Notes: generated from the sequence alone by a model not told the origin. Positions 24,600 to 37,056 are shown, counted from the whole stretch's first letter. The stretch is DNA of 61,179 bases, filler included, from Hausera hauseri (GCA_046269625.1; 11 parts of 11 records of this genome joined end to end with filler, not necessarily neighbours in it); one strand, 5' to 3'. A program made the numbers and translations.

Positions 24600-24956
24600 A
24601 CCTTTCACAATGCGTTTCGTTTCGTTTTTGTGATTTATCCGTTGGTCTGATCGGCAGGCGATTATAATACTAAACTTTCTCCTACTTATGCGCAATGTAT
24701 TTGACCCATTTCCATCACCGTCTAACTTGTGCAAGGGGAAATTTTACCAATTTGAAAATTTCCCATCGATTTTCCCCCATGTTCCCATGGTCTGACAGAG
24801 TTTCAACAGTGTCCATTGTAATCGCCAACATCGATTTACCCTTTGTACACATTTTCTCAGCGCTAACAGAATGTTTCTCGTTACACGTGGCGCTTTTCCT
24901 GTTTTGCTTCTGCCTCTTCTAGTGAGCCTCTCCCTTACATTTTTCAAAGCTGCAGC
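24600..24956 (-). repeat. Probable Polinton terminal inverted repeat segment
   Basis: Reverse-complement homology with ~36400-36740 (shared cggtgatggaaatggg, gaacatgggg, gtaaaattt); stops in all frames checked. Confidence 0.55.
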
Positions 24957-25711
24957 NNNNNNNNNNNNNNNNNNNNNNNNNNNNNNNNNNNNNNNNNNNN
25001 TTAATTAATTAANNNNNNNNNNNNNNNNNNNNNNNNNNNNNNNNNNNNNNNNNNNNAGTCCAACCATGAGTTTTGTTTCTGAAACATTCGCCTTTTACTT
25101 TTCATTATTTCTCCACCTCTTACAGTGATATGGATTCCGATTTGTTTTATTTCCAACACTGTCCATTAATCTAGTTGTATTCCTGTATGAAAAGTTGTAT
25201 TCCATTTATCAGCGTGGTGTTGTATATTTCTACGAACAATTTATGGGAACTCAAATAATATTTTATGGTGACCATGATCAGATGTTTGATCATAAGGATA
25301 TCAGAATATCTGGAACTTTAAAATCAAATCTTCCAAACATCAATAGGAAATGATCCAATAGCCCGATTGGAGACAATTACACCATTTGTAATATCAGCAT
25401 CGTCCTCATCGTCTTCAAACGCTCAAGCAGACCACTCAATCCATTGTTGTGGTGAGACGTGTGAAATAAATCGGAAAGAGGAACGTGGATATATTTTCGT
25501 CAGTGTCATCAGTTTTGATCAGATTCCTTTGGGGTTTGCGTTTTTGTGCCGTACTGGAATATGACAATACGTGCAATATTATAATAACTGTTATCTAGAT
25601 TGTTGATGTTTTGTTTTACGAGACTAAATGAATAGAAACGAAAGTGTAATTTTTTTTAGAAATTTGAATAAATTGATTGAATTTTATGTTGACGATTTGG
25701 AGACCAACATT

Positions 25712-25729
25712 TGGTGTCAGAAATGGGAT
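25712..25729 (+). promoter_or_regulatory. Primer-binding site complementary to tRNA-Leu 3' end
   Basis: TGGTGTCAGAAATGGGAT, 17/18 to TGGTGTCAGAAGTGGGAT, preceded by ACA-tt. Confidence 0.8.
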
Positions 25730-27625
25730 TACCCCCACCGACAAAAAGGCAAAAAATATCTAGCAACGTCGATACAGCCAATTATATGAATATAATTAAT
25801 TGTGGTTCGCATAGTGAAACTCATAATGGTTACATTATTGACGAAAATCTGTACAGCCGTCAATTATATGTTATTGGAAAGGAATGTATGAGGAATACTG
25901 CCAATTCTAACACTGTAATATCGGGACTTGGTGGTCTAGGTGTAGAAACAGCGAAAATTCTCATTTTGGCTGGTGTAAAATACGTTTATGCTTCATGATA
26001 AAAAATTGGTTTCGTCAAGTGATCTTTCATCACAATTTTATTTCAAAAAGTCTGATATTGGAAAGGATCGAGCCGAAGCTTGTCTGGTCAAATGACAAGA
26101 ACTAAATTCATAAGTTATTGTTAACCAAAGCTCAGAAGATTTAACATTGAATTTTCTTAAACGATTTACACTAGTCTTCCGGACGAATTCAACTCACGAA
26201 GAGTGCATAAAATTAGGAAATGTTTGCCATAGCAATAACATTCTACTGATTATTTCACGAAGTGCTGGACTTTTCGGTCGAGTTTTTTGTGATTTCGGCA
26301 CCGAACATTTAATTAATGATGCTATTGGTGAATAGCCGTTATCTATTATGATTCAGAGTGTTTCACGCGAAGAAGGAATCGTTCTTTGTTTAGAAGAAAC
26401 AAGACACGGTGTTGAAGATGGTGACTGTGACGTTTTCCGAATTTAATGGAATGACCGAATTGAATAATTGTGAACCACGGGAAATCAAGGTTGAGGGCCC
26501 AGTAAGTTTCAATATTGGTGGCACGTCGAAGTTATCATCGTACATTCATGGTGATGTTTTTATGCAAGTGAAAATGCCTCAGACTGAATCGTTCAAGTCT
26601 TTTGAAGAAGCTTACAAATCATCGGAATTTGTTGAGTGATTTTGTCAAAATGGAAAGACCCGAACAATTGCATTTGTTGTTATCTTTGGTGGATAAAGTA
26701 TATCCGAATGACTTTCCAAGTCTCTTAAAACAACTGAAAGAGGTCCGTGAAACAGCGTTTCCAAATATCGAGTTAAATGAAGAACTTGCTTCGTCATTTT
26801 TCAACTATACTAATGGAAATCTAGCTCCGATGCAGGCTGTAATCGGTGGTATTACAGCACAGGATGTATTCAAAGCAACTTCATCAAGATTCTTTCAGAT
26901 TAAACAATCCTTTTATTTCGACGCATTGGAATGTTTACCGGACAGTAGCGAGTCAGAAAACATTGCTAATGGATCCAATCCACTCACGTGGAGTACAAAT
27001 CATACGACAGATATGGAAGCCAGATTTCCTTTTTCAGCGTTGATGTCCAACAGAAGCTTTCCCATTTAAAATTGTTTATAGTCGAGTCCGATAAAACTGG
27101 TTGTGCATTGTTGAAAAGCTTTGCTGTAATGGGCGTTGGATCGATGTTCGAGGGTCAGGTCAGTTATAATTATCGATATGGACAATATAGATAAGTCCAA
27201 TCTTAATCGACAGTTTCTTTTCCGACCGTCGGATATCGGCAAATTGAAATCGTTGACTGCGGCAAAAGCATTCGATTTGAAAGTTGGTAAAGAAACCGAG
27301 TCTTTCTTTGACGATTCGTTTTTCGACAGTATTGACATTGTTGCAAAGGCACTGGATAACATCGACGCCCGAATGTACATGTGTATACGATGTGTCTTCT
27401 ATCAAAAACCGTTGCTCGAGTCGGGCACTTTAGGAACGAACATCCAAGTTATCTTTCCTCACTTGATTGAATGGTACAGTTCATCACAATATCCACCGGA
27501 AAAGTCAATTCCAGTTTGTACATTGAAGAATTTCCTATACACAATCGATCATACTATCCAATGGTCAAGTGACATGTTTGAGGGGTTGTTTACTCAGCCA
27601 TCGATTGCTGCACTACAATTTTTAA
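25730..27625 (+). pseudogene. UBA1: Ubiquitin-activating enzyme E1 (5' ~60%), intronless and disrupted
   Basis: [84 protein letters not shown] (active-site Cys). Confidence 0.96.
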
Positions 27626-28682
27626 ATATCAGGGAAAAAATTATTAACTCTGCTAACAATTCACAGTCTACAGAAAACTTCGAAAACGCTGTCATTATTG
27701 CATTTATGGTCGCCGATATGCTTAACGAATTGATTAATAAAAAATTCGATGTTCTCATAAACTTTCTTATTGGTACTTGTTCAGACAAAATTAAAACTGC
27801 CGATGTGTACCTCCAGGTCATTGATCTTCACATTTACAATTTAATTTTGTATTTTGTTTTAATGGCTCAGCTGTTATGCCGCATTGGACGGTATGGCGAA
27901 ATGCCTTATGCTTTGAATTCACTAAACAGAAAGATGACCTCGAATAATTCGAAATTGTTTACCACAAGTACAACTGGCACTATGAAGTAACTGAAACCCA
28001 ATCCACACGAGCTGTATCCTCTATTAAGAAACCGAAACCTTCTTTTCATCCTATTTGCAATAAAACCGACTAAAAGGTACATTGGATTTAATGGTCTATG
28101 ATCTAATTGAATCTTGTCGAAATTATTTGAAAGTTAAATGCTTCGAAATTGTTTGACAAAATTTTAGTGAATCCCAAAGTTTTAGATTGCAACACATCGC
28201 TGGAAGATGACGAAAGGACATGCGAAAGGCGATGAAGTTAATGCCAAGCAAATTGAATCTGCCAGAAACCCATGTGTCTGTCTGTCAAATCGACGCTCAC
28301 TGTCAAGTGTTGGACTTCGAACTTTCTGGCCCAGACCACCGTAATAATCCAATGGACGTACTGCGAGTCAACAGCAACCTCACCGATCGACTGGCAGACA
28401 TTCCATCATTAGAGGCATCTAAACACAGGTTGGTGAAGTTCTCTTCTCTGATTCACGCCCGCCAGTGCGACCATTTTTTGCGAATATACAAATCTTTCAT
28501 AGCTAACACCATTTTTCATTGTAAGGGGGTTTTTAAGCTCAACAACTTTGGATATTCCTTTATCACAATCATCATTTGCCACTTCTTCCCCGGCTGTACG
28601 CTCGAACCTCTCCTTAACCCAGAAGGAAACCGCCCAAGCCCCCCATGCATTTCAACATTATCCTCGGATTACCTCGCTGCAA

Positions 28683-29950
28683 CTTTCCTTACTGGCCTTC
28701 AGCAATAATCAACAAATTAAAGCCATTAGAGCTCCACTCAACACCACAGCGCTGCTCCTATACAACTCTATCCTCCTTACTCAACACTTCTAACTTCTAT
28801 TTCACACATCCAGGTATCACTGTACATCCTGTCGACTCCCTCCTGTCTTTCGTATGCCACGAACGTCCAGTCACCCATCTCATGCTCCATTTTCGTCTTC
28901 GTGGTGGATCGGACTCAAATTCATCTTTCTCGGATGATAGATCCACAAATACATATATTTATCGTCTACCAAATGGTCAACAAAGACGAGCCTTGCTAAA
29001 TCTACCTTGTGGAGATTTTTTTCTTGATAAAAACAACTCCAGCAAACCATGGCTCCAATTCCATCAACAGTGGATAAAATCCAACAACATCATCGACTTC
29101 TTTGCGCGAGCCAATAGTCTTTTGATACTTCTTCCTGCCAACGTCAAGCAGCAGATCAGTAACATCTCTGAACTGCTCCAATCATCGACACCATATGAAA
29201 CACTCTGTGAAGCTGTACTCCATATTATCGATCCTTCGATAGATTACATTATACGTAAATACTTTAATGATCATGCGATAGGAAACCAAAGCCATCCGAT
29301 TTTCTCCAAACGGCCATTCTGCAGTTTAGCACTTTAGGAGTAACACCTACGAATAACGCGGATTTAATTCGACGTTATTTTTTGTCATCTTTGCCTATCT
29401 CAATCAGAGCACTGCTCACCGTTGTCGACGAGTCCACTGCTATCGAAAAACTGGCCATAATGGCCGATAAATCCTTTGAGATTCTCCACACAAATAATTC
29501 TCTCCCAATTTCGGCTGCAACCACATGTGCTCCAACTACAGATACCACATTATTCACTCAACAATTGCAAATGATGCAGCAACAGTTTGACAAGTAATAG
29601 CAGTCAATTAGGACCATTACTACCCAACTAAATAATCTTAATGGGCCTCGACGAAGTGATGCAAAACCTTCAAGGGAGCCAAGCACTTCAAGACTCTCGA
29701 CTCGATCCATTTCACCTGGCGGACGTATAACTTGCTTCTATCACATGCGTTTTCGAAAGGAAACAAGGAAATGTTTCTTGGGCTGTCAATTCTATAGCAA
29801 GCGATACGCTGTAAACAACCCTATCTAAATATACCATAACAAATATTAGTCACAGGCCAGGTCATGTGTGCTTGCTTGTAAACACTATAAAGATAAATTT
29901 CCTCCTTTTCCTTCCTCATCTTTCTTTTCTCCAAATCCTTCAAAAACTAA
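28683..29950 (+). pseudogene. gag: CsRn1-type Gypsy gag with ubiquitin-like domain (28683-28908) ending HLMLHFRLRGG
   Basis: Two-frame reconstruction of a 76-aa Ubl; capsid-like region; C-x2-H-x9-C-x3-C box (CFYHMRFRKETRKCFLGC). Confidence 0.88.
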
Positions 29951-31918
29951 TAATGCCGCCAGATTTTACGGCACATTCTGGCGCAGGCAATATCGCTCAA
30001 TCTTCTGGCCGTTTTAACACCGCCTCTGCAGTCTTTCTGTTGCAAGATGCATTGTTATGCAGAGATACCTCACATATCGAATTTCTAATAGATTCAGGAG
30101 CTTCCTTCTCACTCCTTCCATTGTCCTTCACCCCTACATCCACTATAATTTCCTGTCCTCCGCTTTTCACTGTCAGTGGACAACTGTTGCATGTTACAGG
30201 AACAACGGAACTGACTTTCACTTTCGCCAACTTGCCAGATAAGTTTGTTTGGAAGTTCCACATGACCAATATTAAATCTCCCATAATTGGCTTAGATTTT
30301 CTTGTTGCACATGATCTATTAATCCATCGCAAATACGGCTGTTTTCTAAGCAGGAACTCGATCGCAATTCCAAACATGTGTTTCGCAAACAATCTAGCGA
30401 GCAATTCATTGCACGCATCTGTAAACATGTTGAACGCTTTATCATTTATAAAAAAGGCTTCCGATAAACTCGGTATTCCTTCAATTACGAACAACAATCA
30501 TAAATCTATTCTAAAACAAAAATCCAAATTAGGTGTCGACAGTAGCGATGCCAGTTGCTTTTTGTAAATCACTAAAGCTGTTCTTTCTAATGATATGCCT
30601 CATTCATTTTTATCTCTAGATTCCGATCGTAAATCGTACATCACGAAGTTATGCTTTCGCATAGTTAAACGAGACATCAACTTCAAGCTCTTATTCTCAA
30701 CTTATCATCACATAGTAACAGAGCATTAGAGGCCTGTCAAACAAAAGGTCAGACCCTTGTCGCCACGCAAACGTAAAGCTGTGGAACAGGAATTTAATGA
30801 AATGAAAAGGTCTGGCATCATTCGGAGATCGAATTCACCGTGGACTTCTCCTATTCATGTAGTGGTAAAGAAAGATGGTACCTATAGGCCATGTGGCAAC
30901 TATCGACAAATAAATAATCTAACTGTTACAAATGCCAATCTACTACCACTTATTAAGGATATTCTTCATAGTCTCAATAACATTAATACCTACTTTACAA
31001 TTGATCCGCACAAGGCCTACCATCAAATTCCTGTTGCACCCGATGACATCCCAAAAACTGATGTCGTCACACCATTTGGTCTTTATGAATACATCTCTAT
31101 ACCTTGGCAGAGCATCTCTCCTTTCAGCACCACATTGACATCTTTCTCTCAGGTCTTGATTTTGCTCACCCATACATAGATGACATATTAGCCGCTTCCA
31201 CCTCGATCAAACAACATCATGAGCACCTTACAATTATTTCCCACTGATTGCATCAAAGCAACCTGCAAATCAATTTTGCCAAATGCAATTTCTTCCAGAA
31301 ACACGTCAACTTCTTAGGCCACATAATTACTCCCGAAGGTCATTCGCCCCAGCCTGATCGCTTATAGCAATTAAAAAATGTGACATTACGACCTACTACT
31401 ACTACCCATATGAGGAATTTTTTAGGGACACTGCATTTCATACACAAATACCTGCCACATTGCTCCGAGCTAACGGCACCTTTCGCAACCCTCCCATCGG
31501 CGAAGAAAAGACAATTAATCCATTGGACTCCCGATCTAGTAAATCATTTTGACTGCCTTCGTTAATGTCTAAAAACCGCTGAAATTTTGGCTTTTTTAAA
31601 ACCAAACGCGGAACTGATATTAACTACCGATGCCTCAACCACAGCCACTGGTGTGATATTACACAAATATACAATGATGTTGACGAGCTATTTGAATTCT
31701 ATTCCCGAAAGCTCACGCAACCGGAAAGCCGATACTCAACATTCGATCGTGAACTCCTGGCCGTAGTTCTAGAGGTAAAGCATTTCGAACATTTGCTTGT
31801 ATCACGTCAATTTACCATCCAAACCGACCACAAGCCTCTATTTCATATCAAGACGTTAAAACAGCCATCTCCCAGACAGGAACGACAAATATCATACCTG
31901 TCGATATTCAGTTTTTCT
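29951..31918 (+). pseudogene. pol: Gypsy pol (protease, RT, RNase H), disrupted, truncated by contig end
   Basis: FLIDSGASFSLLP, IIGLDFL, SNSPWTSPIHVVVKKDG, HPYIDDIL, LTTDAS, STFDRELLAV. Confidence 0.95.
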
Positions 31919-32522
31919 NNNNNNNNNNNNNNNNNNNNNNNNNNNNNNNNNNNNNNNNNNNNTTAATTAATTAANNNNNNNNNNNNNNNNNNNNNNNNNN
32001 NNNNNNNNNNNNNNNNNNGAAATCATCCACCTTCAGGAACCGAAATCTAGAAGCCCTTGAATATAAATGGGAGTTAGACTTCATGTACACTTATTAATGA
32101 TAGTAATGAATAGTGTTTTTAGAGAATCGCATTCTCATATCCTCCTGGTTGATGGTGGACGAGAAGATCATTACAGGAGGATGTCAAATTAGGCATGGCC
32201 AGTAAGAATATTTGTTAGTTTTTATTCAACAAGACGAGTTAAAAATTTGTATAAAGATTGTCGATTAGTTTATCAGGTTATAATGAATACCAGTAGGTGC
32301 AGGCTGACTTCGGTCACCGTGCCGCCTGAACTCCGGCTTTGGATGAGGCTGATAATATATCTATATGAACTTCTCACGAAAACAAGAATCCTGTTGGGTT
32401 ACCTTGTCTACTATAACTAATTCTTTAAGTTGCTTTACATGTTAATATAATTCTCAGCAGGGACAATTGTCAGATAAATAAGAAATAACCCACACCCAGC
32501 TAACCTGCTAACTAACATAAAT

Positions 32523-32540
32523 TGGTGCCCCGAGTGAGGA
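32523..32540 (+). promoter_or_regulatory. Primer-binding site complementary to elongator tRNA-Met
   Basis: TGGTGCCCCGAGTGAGGA, 17/18 to TGGTGCCCCGTGTGAGGA; preceded by ACA-taaat. Confidence 0.75.
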
Positions 32541-32612
32541 AGTGTTTCAAATGTCCTTATCTCAGTCTTTTAAAATAAAAACCGTTGACTTAATTTTACA
32601 GAATCCAGCACA

Positions 32613-32876
32613 GTGGAATGCGGAATTTGCTTTCGCGAAATTCATCTACGACATGCTTTATTTGTCAGGTGTACCCATTTAACCTGTGTACCATGTGCAA
32701 ACAAATGGCTCAGTAGACAGCAGAATTGTCCTGTCTATCGACGAAAGGTATCGAGTTATAATTGCATGGGAAATACCGTAGTAGTCCTCCCGGATGACGA
32801 AAATGAAGAAGTTGAAGAGGACCCCAATCTGATCTATCTGGTGGGACCAAATGGAATATTACACATATTGATATGA
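32613..32876 (+). pseudogene. Small RING-HC finger gene with acidic tail
   Basis: CGIC-x13-CTH-x2-CVPC-x10-CPVY (last Cys to Tyr). Confidence 0.8.
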
Positions 32877-33255
32877 AGTAGTGACTGTGGGATATTTACA
32901 ACTGTAGTAGTTTTATTAATCTGTTAAGAATTGAATAAATTCCTGTGGTTATTGACAATGATTAATAATACGATAAAGGAAAGATGGTTAAAATGATTAT
33001 TAAAATTATTAGTTTATTTGTCATTAAAGAGAAAGAAAAGTTGGAGGATGAAGAAGTATCAACATTGCGATAACTGTTTCGAAACAACTGGTTTAGAGTC
33101 ATTTAGTATGACTATAAAATTAGATTTTTGCACATTAATCGGTGAAAATATAGAAGAAAGAAATGTCTATTAAAATAGATAGTAAAAGAGAATAAATAAA
33201 CCAGTATTGAATTACGAGTTAATTATGGAACTATATATTAACAGACATTGCTTTA

Positions 33256-33495
33256 GCGTGTACTATATGCCAGAAATATTCCATAACTTTAATGGAAGGA
33301 AATAATCCTTGTTCTCTGTGCAGATTTATCATGGAACTGGGAGAAGAGGATAACTAAGTCAGATGCAGTCACTGCGGAGAAACGATAGACCTAGAGATAG
33401 CCACGATGGATGAAAATTGCCTACCTTTATGCCCAATATGTGTGCTGACGCTAGCAGATATAGACGAAATAAATATGTTATTGAATAATTTGTAA
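33256..33495 (+). pseudogene. Double zinc-ribbon ORF (four CxxC), one internal stop
   Basis: Manual translation ACTICQKY..NPCSLCRF..*VRCSHCGE..PLCPICVL; absent from the ORF track. Confidence 0.6.
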
Positions 33496-33550
33496 ATAAC
33501 AATTGTAATACTCAATAAATGTCAAGTTCTCATAAAGTTGATATATAAAT

Positions 33551-33988
33551 ATGGAAATTAAACGATAGTATTTTATAGAAACCTCTCATATCTGCCTGGA
33601 GAACCTGACCCAGGAACAAACAACTTTGCCTTGCGGTCATCAGTACTGTCCGCATTGTATACTTACATGGCTATCCGAACAAACCACTTGTCCATGCTAC
33701 CGAAGAGCATGCACGTTTTGTACAACATGCTTAACTATAGTAGTGGATACATTGGCAACACTTCCTTGCCAACGAGCCTTTTGTCAAAACTGTATAACAG
33801 AACATTTCAAGATTTATCGAACATATCCTTCTTGTTACGAGTTTACAGATTTTTAATTTTTGGGACAACTAATTGTTTATCTGGACGTTGACAATAGACA
33901 GTCAAGAATACAATTAATAGATGAGGATGAAGAAGAACGGCAGGATGAATGGAGAAATGCCAGACCATTTATGATTGCTGACTCATAG
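33551..33988 (+). pseudogene. Tandem double-RING gene with acidic tail, in-frame stops
   Basis: HICLENL..TLPCGHQYCPHCILTWL..CPCYR then CTTC..TLPCQRAFCQNCI..YPSC; DEDEEE tail. Confidence 0.75.
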
Positions 33989-34648
33989 GCTATTGTATAT
34001 AAATTATTATTGTATATGAAATGTCAATAAAATTAATGTATTCATTTCATTTCGGAAAGGGATTAATATCAGTTCTATTAAGGTTCCCTTTGTCTACTGT
34101 GCAGAAGGCACATCTTATGCTACGGATTCCAAGTCCCTTGTTTTCACGTGACACCGAATACTCACCCCATCTATAATCCACAAGGAATATTTACTCCTAT
34201 AGGAATGGCCTGCACAATCTGTTTACATCATTATTTCGTAAACCCGGTGGAGTTGGTCACATGCAGACGTGAATTTTGCCTCTCCTGCTTAAAGGAATAG
34301 TTCCTGATATCAAAATCCCGCCCTTTGTGTCGTGCAAATAATAGACTATTTCGAAGCGGAAACCTATACTTTACTGTACGAAATTTATAAAAACATTCTT
34401 GTTCTTACAAGCCATTTAATTGTGCGGGATGAAATAAATATAATTATTACCCACAAATAGAATAATTGATTAAAACCCATTTCGTTTTAGACGAAATGCA
34501 AAGGATCGAATATACGGAATACAGAACGTCGAAATAGTATGAATGTCAGGAATCATCTAAACTCTATATAATAAGATACTTACGATATTACAGAATTAGA
34601 CAAAATTGACCAGCTACGATTATTAGAAGAACTATAGATTATACAAAG

Positions 34649-35701
34649 ATGGAAGTGATTGACAACTCAGTGAGAGATACGCAGACGAGAAAAATATTTT
34701 TGAGCCACTCGAATTCACCCGTTCCAGGAGAGTTAGCACAGCCATATGCAAACACTGGATTATTTCGAACCACGTCTGGACGAATAAAATGCCTATAGTG
34801 CCAGGGAGAGTTCCTTTATGAGTCTACAAACTTTTATTCAAAAAGGACTCATAGGAAATTATATACTACCTGTCCTTATTTGTTAAACATTAATGCTAAC
34901 AACGTACCACTGAGAGATTGCTTTTCTAAATAGCCTGATGTAGAGGCGGATACTGGTTACGATACGATAATACCAATTTGAATGGTTTACGCAACGGATA
35001 ACGCTGTGGAAAAAAACGTATACCTAATTTCAAGCACAGTACAAAGAGAAAGTCAACCTTCAAAGGAAACAAGAATATTGAACATTTAGCCAGACAAGGA
35101 CTAATATTAATCTTAAAAGGCGAAGAGTAATATGTAAAATGTACCATATGTTTAAAAGAAACTTACCAGAAAATATTGACCAGCGATGTCCAAGCATATT
35201 GCATACTACCAAATGCAATTATTTAATTTGTAAAATCCTCCAGAGTTACACTACAAGACGATGCCGAATACAATTCGATATGGGAAACCTTTACGAGCGT
35301 TACCAGGAAAGTCCAGTAGCCGTATCAATAATAGCCTGACATCCTACAAAGCGTAAAAGTATACTACAAGATATTAAATATCGAACAGAAATTCAATCTG
35401 ACTGGTCTATAAGTGCATTCGAACTGTTTCAGAATCTAAATTTTGTTTCTCCAGAGGAAGAGAGAGAACCAGAACAAAATATTCTAATGAACTTTACCTG
35501 CGCGATTTGGAGTGTACAATCTGCTACGCAGACTCAGTGCAAGTTATCCTTTTGCCTTGTGGTCATTTGAAAACATGCGAGGAATGCTCAAATCGAACAG
35601 CGAATTGTTCAGTTTGCAGAAGTCATATAGAAAGAAGAATAACATGTCTCCAATTTTCAGAAATGAACATAGAGAATATCTCTATTTTGAACGAACACTG
35701 A
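34649..35701 (+). pseudogene. Inhibitor-of-apoptosis-like gene (BIR-BIR-RING), intronless and disrupted
   Basis: BIR1 R..F...YANTGL...IKCL*C...H...TCPYL...NNVP; BIR2 RKSTF..LARQGL..VKCTIC...HTTKCNYL; RING ECTICYADSVQVILLPCGHLKTCEECS...CSVCR. Confidence 0.8.
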
Positions 35702-36175
35702 CCAATAAATTAATGTATAACCGATATGAATAAATAAATGTTTATTAGCCTATGTATATGAATTTATTAAATAACCCCGCATTGTGACAGATTGAACAAA
35801 TTTGTTTATAGAATTAGCAAATATCAACAGCATAATCCTGAACAACCTCAACAATTGGACAATCCAGTTACTGACTATAAGAAATCAACCCCTAAAAGAG
35901 TTTACGGATGGTAAAAACTATACAGTAATCCTCTACTCAATAGGATAACGGAACTAGGATACTCCAAATATCTGGCTATGATTGCCATCANNNNNNNNNN
36001 NNNNNNNNNNNNNNNNNNNNNNNNNNNNNNNNNNTTAATTAATTAANNNNNNNNNNNNNNNNNNNNNNNNNNNNNNNNNNNNNNNNNNNNATTTGACATG
36101 GGATCATGATCAGTGATTTTGAGAAATATTACTTAAATTATAGACAAAACATGCTTGTGACAGAAATATTATTAA

Positions 36176-36740
36176 AGTAGGTAGAAGTGTGGGCTCCACC
36201 CCACTTACCCAAAAGTGCTCAGATAAACCTCGAACTTAGTTTTCCCCGCCTATTTCGCAATTCTGAGCATTTCATGTCTCGAAGTCGGAGACCCTCCCCC
36301 AAAAAAGACGGTCGAGTAATGGACTTTGAACTGAGACCAATCGGTCGAGCCGGACAAGGCGAACAAAAGTTAACAGCGCCGCTAAGCTCAAAAATGTAAC
36401 GCGGTGGCACAGGAGGCGGAAGAAGAAAAACGGGCAATATGCAACTGGCAACACAACACATGTTGCTGGTATACCGAAATTTTGTAGAGGTAAAATTGAT
36501 GTTAGCAAGTCGAATGGACACGGTTTCGTCGTCGTTCAACCAAAAGAACATGGGGAAAACCGGCTGGGAAAATTTCCGTCGGGTAAAATTTCCCAATGTT
36601 CAAGTCTGCCGGTGATGGAAATGGGTGTCATACATTGCTCATAAGTTGGGTAAGTTTCATATTGTAACCGCCTCACGATCGGACTAACCGATTCGGGTGA
36701 AAATGCAATCGAAAAACGCATTGTTAAAAAGTCATCGTTG
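36176..36740 (+). repeat. Probable Polinton terminus and TIR
   Basis: Begins AGTAGGTAG (Polinton ends start AG/AGT) at a shift from AT-rich flank; homologous in inverted sense to 24600-24956. Confidence 0.5.
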
Positions 36741-37056
36741 TAAATGAGTTCGTTTTTGTAGAAAAATCGTGAATTTTATTTTGTACGACGACGACAACAA
36801 CGCTTAAAACAGAATGCATAAATCACCACGAGCTCATAATTGAGTACTACTACTCACAAGCAGGTGGTCGTGGTGACATCGGAGACCGTCTGCCTAGAAA
36901 CTAATAAGTACCACCACCACCAAATGTGTAACAGAGATATTAAAATGATATAACAACAGCAACAGCAATATAACAAGTTTTATATTTCAAAATCACAAAA
37001 ACAATCTGTCTGCCTCTCTGTCCATTCAAAAAAGCGGAATACGTTCATAATTGCGT

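Noticed and set aside
24700-24734. GDGNG as an OTU protease motif (also ~36610)
   Set aside because: The catalytic Cys of GDGNC is absent and both copies share an upstream stop; better explained as TIR sequence
27817-27870. Possible 54-nt GT-AG intron in the sequence between UBA1 and gag
   Set aside because: Weak donor and no identifiable flanking protein, so it cannot be supported; if real, it would argue that this piece is genomic rather than mRNA-derived
25730-35701. A complete mobile ubiquitination pathway (E1 + Ubl + RING E3s) in one cluster
   Set aside because: The RING genes are on another contig, no E2 is present, UBA1 is truncated and dead, and other Ubl-gag copies sit next to unrelated genes
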